DNA from: a virus | Taxonomy: Duplodnaviria > Caudoviricetes | Virus record (IMG/VR): IMGVR_UViG_3300020042_002144 | Span: 1 to 28,506 of that record | DNA: 28,506 nucleotides | Strand: one strand, 5' to 3' | Part shown: positions 1 through 8,700 of the stretch, in pieces | Numbering within the stretch: position 1 is the stretch's first letter | How the letters are laid out: each line of letters begins with the position of its first letter | Notes under the pieces: model-generated | Told to the model about the DNA's origin: nothing | Database searches by the model: none | Seen by the model: only the letters and a program-made list of their open reading frames with translations | Made by a program: the position numbers and the translations under genes

Positions 1-261
1 TCATGACTTAAGACCTAACCTTTATCTATTACTTGTCGTGCTAATTCTCTAATGCTTTTATTGTGCCTGAGTTGGCGAGCATACGCTTCGCTTCCATCAT
101 TCTCTGTTAGATACACCCAGTTGCATGACAGTACTTGCATAGCACAACTAACTAACCAGTTAGTTTGCAGGCACAACTACCAAACAGTAGGCAAGGAAAG
201 AAAAAAAGTAATTCACCGACTTGGAAGTTGGACCTAGACTTTGTGACTGCTTCTTTGCAAA

Positions 262-593
262 CAACCGCTGGCGTAGCCAAGGGCGTTAGCCGCTTTAGCG
301 GAACAGGATTACTAGCAGTCTTGTCTTAGCCTCCCCCACGGTTTAGGTATCACATTGATACCAAGGTCGCCGTAGCCAAATTCTTTTAGCCGACACCTGA
401 AAGGTTGAACATATGTCGTTGTTCACGCTGCTTGAATCTCTTACACAATAGGGGAACAACCATCTGTTTCAGATGTTCTTGATTGCAGGATTCATCTACC
501 CCAGTTACCTGGTGTGAAACGCCCCGTACCATGCAAACGGTATACAGCCATGCCTGCCTTGACGCTATCCCAGCGTGGAGGTCTTGTGAAGTT
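262..593 (-). ncRNA. Candidate structured non-coding RNA (~270-330 nt), family unknown
   Basis: No credible CDS here. A minus-strand promoter lies at 627-600. There are at least 8 stems: 562-576, 524-547, 501-512 (GUAA tetraloop), nested domain 433-494, pseudoknot 391-425, 374-391, 336-375 and 290-301. Several stems need G-U pairs that form only on the minus strand. The 3' end is uncertain. Confidence 0.5.
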
Positions 594-599
594 GACATC

Positions 600-627
600 A
601 GCATAGCATGTGTTGTGTTACTATCAA
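600..627 (-). promoter_or_regulatory. sigma70/SigA-type promoter on the minus strand
   Basis: The reverse complement reads TTGATA-16 nt-TATGCT, with TGn before the -10 (TGC-TATGCT). Predicted TSS ~593. Confidence 0.55.
616..624 (+). promoter_or_regulatory. Extended -10 promoter for the packaging/structural operon, overlapping the divergent minus-strand promoter
   Basis: TGT-TACTAT at 616-624, then AAGGA SD (648-652) and ATG 659. Confidence 0.45.
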
Positions 628-658
628 CCAATACTTCATAGTTATTTAAGGAATACCG

Positions 659-1012
659 ATGGCAGCAAAAAAATTACCCGCTAAGAAAATGGTGGCACCG
701 TCTAAGCCTAAAGAAAAGCCACATGGTTTTAACCAGACTTTGCCATCGGTTGTGGAAAAAAAGAAGGCAGCCGAACGAGCAGGCGTTCTTGCATCCGATA
801 AAAAAATTCTTGCTGAAGCAGCAAAACTCAATCAAAGGTATCGTGCGCAAGACAAGAAAGATAATCTGGGTTTTGGCTTGATTAATGTTACCTATCGTGA
901 TAAAAGTGGCAAGTTAAAAAACTCCGTAGAAAACCGTGCGCCAGGAACCACTTTTCCTAAAGACGATGTGGTTTACCTGTACAACAAAGACAAACCAAAG
1001 AAGAAGAAGTAA
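659..1012 (+). CDS. Lys-rich hypothetical protein (117 aa)
   Basis: AAGGA SD. Starts MAAKK and ends KPKKKK. TAATG overlap with the next ORF. Confidence 0.75.
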   Translation: MAAKKLPAKKMVAPSKPKEKPHGFNQTLPSVVEKKKAAERAGVLASDKKILAEAAKLNQRYRAQDKKDNLGFGLINVTYRDKSGKLKNSVENRAPGTTFPKDDVVYLYNKDKPKKKK

Positions 1013-1176
1013 TGAAACAGAAGCCTGTTTGGGAAAAAGAAAACCCAAAGAAAAAGTCTTCTCCTCTTACCTCCTCTCAAAAGACAGCAGCAAAAGCACG
1101 GGCTAAGAAGGCGGGTCGTCCGTACCCGAATCTTGTTGATAACATGGCTGCATCCCGAAACAAAAAAGGAAAGTAA
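1012..1176 (+). CDS. Small basic phage protein (54 aa, MKQKPVWEKENPKKK...AGRPYPNLVDNM...), not in the ORF track
   Basis: Translated by hand. TAATG coupling at 1010-1014, stop TAA 1174-1176. Fills the gap exactly. Confidence 0.75.
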   Translation: MKQKPVWEKENPKKKSSPLTSSQKTAAKARAKKAGRPYPNLVDNMAASRNKKGK

Positions 1177-1177
1177 C

Positions 1178-1294
1178 ATGCCACAGGTAGGAAAAAAGAA
1201 GTTCCCATACACAGACGCTGGAATGAAAGACGCTAAAATGGTGGCTAAGAAGTCTGGCAAAAAAATGAAGATGGCTCCTAAGAAGAAAAAGTAA
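1178..1294 (+). CDS. Small basic phage protein (38 aa, MPQVGKKKFPYTDAGMKDAKMVAKKSGKKMKMAPKKKK), not in the ORF track
   Basis: AAGGA SD upstream. ATG is 1 nt after the previous stop. TAATG coupling to 1294. Confidence 0.7.
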   Translation: MPQVGKKKFPYTDAGMKDAKMVAKKSGKKMKMAPKKKK

Positions 1295-1560
1295 TGGCAG
1301 CAAAGAAGGACCCCCGACTTGAACGGGCTGGGGTGTCTGGGTTTAATAAACCAAAGGCAACTCCTAAGCATCCAACTAAATCTCATGTTGTTGTAGCCAA
1401 AGTTGGTAGCGAAGTGAAACTAATCCGTTTCGGACAACAAGGTGTGTCAGGTTCCCCTGACGGGTCTGCACGCAACAAAGCGTTCAAAGACCGTCATGCT
1501 TCTAACATTGCTAAAGGAAAAATGTCTGCTGCGTATTGGGCTGACAAAGTTAAGTGGTAG
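1294..1560 (+). CDS. Basic phage protein (88 aa) with KLIRFGQQG...FKDRH...SAAYWA motifs
   Basis: The motif pattern resembles small basic proteins I recall from aquatic phages. Family not verified. Confidence 0.8.
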   Translation: MAAKKDPRLERAGVSGFNKPKATPKHPTKSHVVVAKVGSEVKLIRFGQQGVSGSPDGSARNKAFKDRHASNIAKGKMSAAYWADKVKW

Positions 1561-1563
1561 AAT
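1555..1563 (+). promoter_or_regulatory. Extended -10 promoter giving a near-leaderless terminase mRNA
   Basis: TGG-TAGAAT overlaps the upstream TAG stop. ATG is 8 nt downstream and there is no SD. Confidence 0.5.
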
Positions 1564-1571
1564 AAAACCCG

Positions 1572-3548
1572 ATGGGAACTAAACGCACAGTTTCCCCCGC
1601 TGACCAAGCAAAATTTTTTGCAGCAATTACAGCAGGGCAAACAATCACACAAGCGTCCCGTACTGCTGGCATCCATGTCAACACAGGTTCCAAATGGTTA
1701 GCAAAAGCCAGAGCCGCAGAAGCAGTCCGTAAAGAAGCAACCGCTAAAGCATCTAAGGTTCAACGCAACGAAGGTGGTAGCCAGCGTGATGATTACAACG
1801 CTTTTATGGATGCTATTGATTTACCTTCTGCTGTCCCTGATGACAAACTGTGTGATGAAGCCCGCCGTGGTAAAGAAGACTTTGCTTTCTTTCGTGAGTA
1901 TTACCTAGGACGGGTACCTTCCCCGTGGCAGGTTGAAGCAGCACTTACTCTTGTAAAACTGTTGGAGTCTGAAGAAAAAGAATTTGTTGTTATGAATGTC
2001 CCGCCAGGTGCAGGAAAATCAACCCTGTTTCACGATGTGGCTGTGTGGGCAATTATTCGTAACCGCAGGGTGCGTGTCATGATTGGTTCTGTATCTCAGA
2101 ACATGGCAAAGATGTATTCACGCCGTATCCGTGAAACCTTAGAACGAGTACAACCAATTGAACCAGACCCAGGTATGGTACAAAAAGGATTAGCAGTAAA
2201 TGCTGGAGGGTGTTTAACAATTGACTATGGAAGATTCAAACCAACCGATAAAGGTGCCCTATGGCGGGCAGAAGAATTTGTCGTGGAGCAACTTGACGGA
2301 AACGGTTTGGACAACAAAGAGCCAACTGTCCGTGCCTACGGAATTGAAGCAGAGTTCATTGGGCACCGAGCCGACCTATGTCTCTTTGACGATGTTGCCT
2401 CACCTGACAATGCACGAGAAAGCGTGGCTAGGGACAAACTTCTGGAAAGATGGGACGGAGTGGCAGAAGCCCGTTGCGACCCAGGCGGGTTGTTGGCTGT
2501 TGTCGGGCAGAGACTCGGTTCGGGGGACCTTTACGCTCATTGTCTCGCCAAAGAAACCTACGACATTGAAGAAGATATCAATTACGATGGGTCAGATGTC
2601 CATACCCCTGAAGATGTATCTGAAGGTGTACCAGTACGGCAAAAAAAGTACCGCCATATCATCTATAAAGCGTATTATGAGGAACTTGACACGGGTAAAG
2701 AATCTCGTTCTTTCAAATCTTTACCGTATCCAGACGGACCGCTACTAGAACCCAAGCGTCTACCCTGGAAAGACCTATCATTTGTACGGTACAACAAACC
2801 AGATGTATTCAAAGTTGTATATCAACAAGAAGACCTGGATTTAGACTCTAAACTGGTACAACGCACCTGGATAACAGGTGGCATAGGACTAGATGGGGTG
2901 GACTACCCAGGATGTGTAGATGCAGACCGTCAACCAGGGTATATCCCTGAAGGTTTAGCGCACCCGTGGGTATCTATCGTCGCTGTAGACCCCTCACCTA
3001 CCATGTTCTGGGCATTTGTGTGGATTATCTACCAGCCAAATACAAACCTTTACCATGTTGTAGATATTGAACGAGTGAAACTATCCGCTGAAGAAGTCCT
3101 CGGTTATGACACCATGACAGGTGAATACTCAGGGTTGATGGACAGGATGCAGGAACGCTCATACCAAATGGGCTACCCAATCTCGCATTGGATTGTTGAA
3201 ATCAACGCAGCCCAACGGTTCCTTCTAGCCCACGACTTTGTACGCAAATGGCAAGCCCTTCACCGTGTCAATGTTGTGCCTCACACCACTAGCCGAAACA
3301 AACTAGACGAATCACTGGGTGTGGAATCATTATTGCCGCCAGTTATCAGGTCGGGAGCCTTACGCCTGCCTTCTATGAAGGGTAACTGGAAGACTCTTGC
3401 CGCTTCAGACGAGTTAACTAAATGGTCTAGAGATAAGAAACATGGCACAGACATTGTTATGGCTTTATGGATGGCTCTACTTAACCTGCCGAACCTAACC
3501 GAATCCAAACCACCACCCCGCCAATGGCGACCATCCTGGCTTAAGTAA
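1572..3548 (+). CDS. terL: Terminase large subunit with N-terminal HTH extension
   Basis: PWQ motif, Walker A PPGAGKST, Walker B LCLFDD, coupling motif VVGQR, RNase H-like nuclease IVAVDPS...DIVMAL. Lies before the portal. Confidence 0.93.
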   Translation: MGTKRTVSPADQAKFFAAITAGQTITQASRTAGIHVNTGSKWLAKARAAEAVRKEATAKASKVQRNEGGSQRDDYNAFMDAIDLPSAVPDDKLCDEARRGKEDFAFFREYYLGRVPSPWQVEAALTLVKLLESEEKEFVVMNVPPGAGKSTLFHDVAVWAIIRNRRVRVMIGSVSQNMAKMYSRRIRETLERVQPIEPDPGMVQKGLAVNAGGCLTIDYGRFKPTDKGALWRAEEFVVEQLDGNGLDNKEPTVRAYGIEAEFIGHRADLCLFDDVASPDNARESVARDKLLERWDGVAEARCDPGGLLAVVGQRLGSGDLYAHCLAKETYDIEEDINYDGSDVHTPEDVSEGVPVRQKKYRHIIYKAYYEELDTGKESRSFKSLPYPDGPLLEPKRLPWKDLSFVRYNKPDVFKVVYQQEDLDLDSKLVQRTWITGGIGLDGVDYPGCVDADRQPGYIPEGLAHPWVSIVAVDPSPTMFWAFVWIIYQPNTNLYHVVDIERVKLSAEEVLGYDTMTGEYSGLMDRMQERSYQMGYPISHWIVEINAAQRFLLAHDFVRKWQALHRVNVVPHTTSRNKLDESLGVESLLPPVIRSGALRLPSMKGNWKTLAASDELTKWSRDKKHGTDIVMALWMALLNLPNLTESKPPPRQWRPSWLK

Positions 3549-3596
3549 GGCTAATATGTTATCGTTGCATTGTTTGAGTCACACTAAAGGTCACGC

Positions 3597-5426
3597 ATGA
3601 AATCAGTTGAAGAAATAGTTGACCTCTACCGCCAGCGTGTTACTGCCCAAGGTCCTATCCTTTCACAAATGCGCCAAGTACGCCAACTTGCTAACGGCGA
3701 TGTGGTTGTCCCACTAAACGAATTAGACCGCAACACTAAGTCTTCTGTTGCAAACCTACTGGTACAAGGTCTTGACCAGATGAGTATGCGTGTATCAAGC
3801 ACTATGCCAGTGCCTTATTTCCCTGCATTGCGTGAAGGTTCAGACCGTTCAATGCAGATGGCTCGTGACCGTAAGCGTGCAATGCTTTCTATCTGGGACC
3901 AGAACCGCATGAATATGAAGATGCGTCGCCGTGCACGACACTTACTTGCATACAGCAACTCACCTATCTATATCAAACCTAACTTTGATAAGCGTATTCC
4001 AGAGTGGCAGTTACGCAACCCACTAGATACCTTCCCCGCACCAGTTTCAGACATTGATAACCCAGTTCCAATGGATTGTATTTTCTCTTATAGCCGTACA
4101 TACGCATGGCTAACTCAAAACTTTGGTCCAATGATTAATGGCACGCTGCGTGTAGGGCAACCACAACCAGATGACATGTTTACTGTGTTGGAATATGTAT
4201 GCGAAACTGAAGTAGTTACCCTTGTTATGGGATACGAAAAAGAGCGTGACCCTATCAGCGGTAGTGCCTACTTTGGTTCCCCATCGGTAGAACTATCCCG
4301 TGTCAGCAACCGTGCAGGTATGCCACTTGTTATTGTTCCACAACGCATTACGCTTGATAAACCACACGGACAGTTTGACGGTCTACTTGGTATGTACTAC
4401 ACCCGTGCCCGTTTACAAGCCCTCACTGAAATCGCTATTGAGCGTGGCATCTTCCCAGATGAATACCTTGTTGCACGACCAGGCGAGAACCCAGAGATTA
4501 TTCAAATTGCTGACGGTAAATCAGGGCAGTTAGGTGTTGTTAAAGGTGGAGACATCCAAATACAACAGTCCAATCCTGGGTATAAAACAGACACAGCACT
4601 AGACCGTTTAGAGCGTCAAGAGCGTCTTGAAGGTGCAATCCCTGCCGAGTTTGGTGGAGAATCAGGAACCAATATCCGTACAGGTCGCCGTGGTGACAGT
4701 GTATTGGCAGCAACCGTAGACTTCCGAGTACAAGAAGCACAAGAAATCTTTGCATCATCCATGATTGAAGAAGACAAAATCGCTATCGCTATTGAAAAAG
4801 CCTATTGGGGTGCTAGTTCTAAATCATTCTTTATGCCAGGTATGGGCGGTGGAATCAAAGATTACACACCAAACAAACTATGGGAAACAGACTTCCACTA
4901 TGTTGCATATTCCGCAGCAGGTTCCGATGTGAACAGTCTCATTGTTGGTCTTGGTCAGCGTCTCGGTACAGGACTTATGTCTAAAGAATCAGCCCGTGAA
5001 GCAGACCCTCTCATTTCAGACCCAGAACTAGAGAAGGACCGTCTCGTTGCTGAAGGTATTGAAGCAGCATTGTTGTCTTCTATTCAGGCACAAGCAGCCG
5101 ACCCGAACGGTCCATACCAACCAGACGACCTTGCATACATCGCATCGCAAGTACAATCAAACAAGATGAATCTTTCACAAGCAATCATGGCTGCACAGAA
5201 GCGTGCGCAAGCACGACAGGCTGCACAAGCACCAGCGGGTTCACCTGAAACAATGCCAGGACTTGCTATGCCAGGTATGGGTGCCGAACAACCTATTGGT
5301 GGCGGTGGACCAGCATCATTAGAATCACTTTTAGGTGGTCTTGGTGGACCACCAGCAGGAGCAGAAGCACAACCAGGGTCACCAGGTGGTGTCTTAAGTC
5401 TTGCTAGTCAACTCGGAGGAGCATAA
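3597..5426 (+). CDS. Portal protein (head-tail connector)
   Basis: 609 aa, directly after terL. Helical, with the Q/A/G/P-rich disordered C-terminus typical of podovirus portals. Confidence 0.85.
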   Translation: MKSVEEIVDLYRQRVTAQGPILSQMRQVRQLANGDVVVPLNELDRNTKSSVANLLVQGLDQMSMRVSSTMPVPYFPALREGSDRSMQMARDRKRAMLSIWDQNRMNMKMRRRARHLLAYSNSPIYIKPNFDKRIPEWQLRNPLDTFPAPVSDIDNPVPMDCIFSYSRTYAWLTQNFGPMINGTLRVGQPQPDDMFTVLEYVCETEVVTLVMGYEKERDPISGSAYFGSPSVELSRVSNRAGMPLVIVPQRITLDKPHGQFDGLLGMYYTRARLQALTEIAIERGIFPDEYLVARPGENPEIIQIADGKSGQLGVVKGGDIQIQQSNPGYKTDTALDRLERQERLEGAIPAEFGGESGTNIRTGRRGDSVLAATVDFRVQEAQEIFASSMIEEDKIAIAIEKAYWGASSKSFFMPGMGGGIKDYTPNKLWETDFHYVAYSAAGSDVNSLIVGLGQRLGTGLMSKESAREADPLISDPELEKDRLVAEGIEAALLSSIQAQAADPNGPYQPDDLAYIASQVQSNKMNLSQAIMAAQKRAQARQAAQAPAGSPETMPGLAMPGMGAEQPIGGGGPASLESLLGGLGGPPAGAEAQPGSPGGVLSLASQLGGA

Positions 5427-5797
5427 TGGCTGAATACCCAAACCGTTCCGACCTGCGTAACCCCGCAGGAAAAATTGCTGCAAAGGCTGCAACAGGTCAA
5501 ACATACGGTGAAGCAGGAAAACAAATGGCTGCACAACAGTCAGTACCTATGGGGGCATCACCAAGTGCTGCGCCTCAGCCAACGCAACCAGTGAATCGTC
5601 CTGTTGCTGGAAGTGTTGTTGACATGATGGCACCAACTCAACGCCCTGAAGACATGATGGCTCCTATCATGAACAACAGACCGTCAATTCTTCCTATGTC
5701 TAACCCTGTTCTTGAAGAACTGGAAACCTTGTACCGCATGTATCCGAACGATGACCTTGCTAGTTTGTTATCTGCAATCAAGTACAATGGAATGTAA
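5426..5797 (+). CDS. Hypothetical virion-associated protein (123 aa)
   Basis: GGAGG SD and TAATG overlaps at both ends. Contains GQTYGE and a Pro-rich middle. Confidence 0.8.
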   Translation: MAEYPNRSDLRNPAGKIAAKAATGQTYGEAGKQMAAQQSVPMGASPSAAPQPTQPVNRPVAGSVVDMMAPTQRPEDMMAPIMNNRPSILPMSNPVLEELETLYRMYPNDDLASLLSAIKYNGM

Positions 5798-8700
5798 TGC
5801 AACCTGTTGAAAACGAAGATGCTATATGGATGACAATTGCGCAGGAAGCCGAACGCCGTCGCCAGATGGCTATTACTGGGACACCAGAACAGGCGTTGCG
5901 TGCAGGGCAACTACATAGCCAGTTCCCATCTTTATCTCCAGGTGTAAAACTTGCAGCCGCAAAAGCAAACCTTACTGACGAACAAGTCAAAGAGATTGCC
6001 CGCACTGCTGCCCCTTTAGATTTAGAACCTAAAACACCAAAGAAAAAATCTTGGATTGACCGCAATGTTACGGACAAAATTAAAACTGCTTCCCGTTATG
6101 GGATGGCTGGTTTAGAGTTCATACCTCAAACGGTTGTTGGTGCTGCAGCACAAATTGCTGACGCTGATGATGGTGGAGATATTGGCGGTTGGTTTATATC
6201 AACAGACCTAGGCTCCCTTATTGCCAATGATGAGGAGGCTGGTGATGGTTTCTTTATTGGTGGTAAAGCAAAACAACTTCAATCAGACCGTGTGCGCAGA
6301 TACCGTGGAACAATCAACGGTGAAGCATTTACCCTTGGTCGTGGTTTAGCATCAACTTTTCTTGAACCAAACACAAACGCATACCGTTTACTATCTGGTG
6401 CTGTTGATGCAGCCACTGCAATTGCAATTCCATCTATCCCAATAGTAGGCGCAATCGGTAAAGCAGCCCGTGCGGTAGAAGAAGGCGCAGACATATCTAA
6501 AGGCTTTGGTCTTGTAGGCAAAGGTTTATCTGCAGTAAGCCAAACCGATACTGGTGCTGAGGTTCTTTCTAAAGTGGGTGCAGCCTCCCGTATCGTAGGC
6601 AAGGGCAGCAAAGAAGTCATGACTACTGCTGCGAACGCAACAGAACGAGCAGCCATGCGTGCCAATGTGGGCATCGTCGGTAACGATATTGACATTGCAC
6701 AAAGCAACAGATTCTTTAGAACAGATTTTGGTCGGCGTATCATTCAACGCACCGCAGAAACAAATGACTTTGCCGAGACACGCAAACTATGGGGTGGCAA
6801 GTTAGACCCTGCAACAACCATGAGACTTGCTGCCGCCAAAACAGAAGAAGAAGTAATGGCTGGCGTACTTGATGTTTTAGGTACACAAGTTTCCAACATT
6901 GCAGGAGTTGGTGGTGGACGCAGAACATATAGGTCGCTCGCCCAGCGCAATAAACTTATTGAACTTGCACCTTTTGGTGAAGGAGTCTCACGAGCATTTT
7001 CAAAGATGCCAATGCACAACATCAACTTGTTCCAGGCTGAAACCCCTCGTGACCAGATTACCCAACTTGACACTGTTGAAAGAGTATTAAAACTATTTAA
7101 GGCTGACCCAGAAAAACAGGCTAGTTATATTAACCGTGCAGGTGAACTTTTACTTTCTAAAGACACAGGTAAAATCGCAGACTTTTACGATGACCTCATG
7201 TTTGAAGCAAAAGATTCAATGAAGTTTTTTGGTACACACCCAGACCTTGTTGACCAACTTTACAAAGTACATGGTGATTATGTAGAAGGTGCTAAAGCCA
7301 ACAGTGTTGACATTTTTGGCAACAGAACTGACGATGGTTTGTACCGCACACTTCATGGTCTACCACCTGATGCGGATGCAAGAATATATGTTGGTGGTAC
7401 TTTAACTTCTGAATTTAGTAAGAACGAATTTTTTATTCCAGACCCTAAACAAGTTCGTCGTTTAACAAACAACTTCAACTGGTTGTGGGTTAAAAATAAA
7501 TCAGACCCTAACCTTATAAATCTTGACAAGGCTGGTGCATTGCGCATGCCTTTTGCTGCGTTGGATTTTGTTCAAGAACAAGTGTGGCGTAAATACATCA
7601 CAACAACAATAGGCAACTTTGTACGAAACACTGTTGACTCTCAAATTTCCCTTGCCTTGTCAGGCAAAACAGGAACAAGTCTTTTCTACCACCCGTTTCA
7701 TTGGATGAGTTATGTCAACCATGAAGTAGGTCAAGAAACCTTGACAGGTAAAAGTTGGAAAATACCTGGTTCCGTAGATAATGTTGATGAATCATTGTCG
7801 GATTACAAGTCGGTTCTAGGTTCTCAAGTTTCTGCATACTATAAAGACCCCCTCATTGCCCGTCAAAGAGCGGCAAGGACTGGACAGTTCACCCAGTACG
7901 AACGCCGTCTTGACCAAGTAGATAACACTGTTGCCAGAGCGCATGGTGATGAGATTGGAAAACTTAACGCTGACTGGGATACCCGAAGAATGGCAGAAGG
8001 AAAAACTGTTGACGAACTTTATGACCTAATTAAACCTGCCGACCCTAAAGCAATCCCTGACCCAGAAGGACTTAAGTGGTTCAAGGAAGTTGAACAAGAA
8101 TTTAAAAGAGGTAAGGAAATTTGGGACAACGCCACACAAACATACAGTTTTGAAAAAATTGATATGAATGTACCAGGCAACCTAAAGCGTTTGATAGAAG
8201 CAAACAGTGCCCGTCTTGAAAAAATAACAGGCAACCATCCTGAACTATTAGACATTGTTGCACAGGGTCGTCTTACCAAGCGTGCCCAAAGAGTTAAAGT
8301 TGGTGACAAGATTGTTGGCGACCTTAAAATTGGTGGTCGTGTTGAAGTCACTAAAGACATAATCGTCTTCGGTAAAAAGAAAAAAGAAACATACCTGGCA
8401 AAAATTGTTAGTGAAACAAAAACTGCTAACGGTACAGAATACTTTGTTGAACCTTTTGCTTTTGTTGAGGGAAACATCACATCCAAACTTGAGTCAGTTT
8501 TAAGAGACAAAAACATTTACATGGACAAACGCATGCCACGGTATGTTGTCGGTGAAGTTCGTGTTCCTAACACTTCAGCACAGGACCAAATTATTAAGTC
8601 AATGGATATGATGGTTGACAAGTTCCACACAACCCTCTATACGAAACCAATCTCAGAACTTGAACGCTCACCAGCCTTCAGAAGTTTCTATTACGAACGG

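Noticed and set aside
52-237. 61-aa plus-strand ORF
   Set aside because: No RBS, atypical composition, and it overlaps the repeat/palindrome region.
262-593. tRNA, tmRNA or self-splicing intron identity for the structured region
   Set aside because: No cloverleaf/T-loop, no tmRNA termini or tag ORF, no interrupted gene, and no intron core motifs recognised.
592-624. TTGACA at 592 as the -35 for TACTAT at 619
   Set aside because: The 21-nt spacer is too long. Only the extended -10 was kept.
386-631. 81-aa minus-strand ORF
   Set aside because: The TTG start lies upstream of the predicted minus-strand TSS, there is no SD or recognisable motif, and RNA structure explains the region better.
2221-2748. 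175-aa alternate-frame ORF inside terL (likewise 14535-15245 inside the capsid gene)
   Set aside because: Shadow ORFs with no RBS or motifs, and no slippery site seen that would support a capsid frameshift extension.
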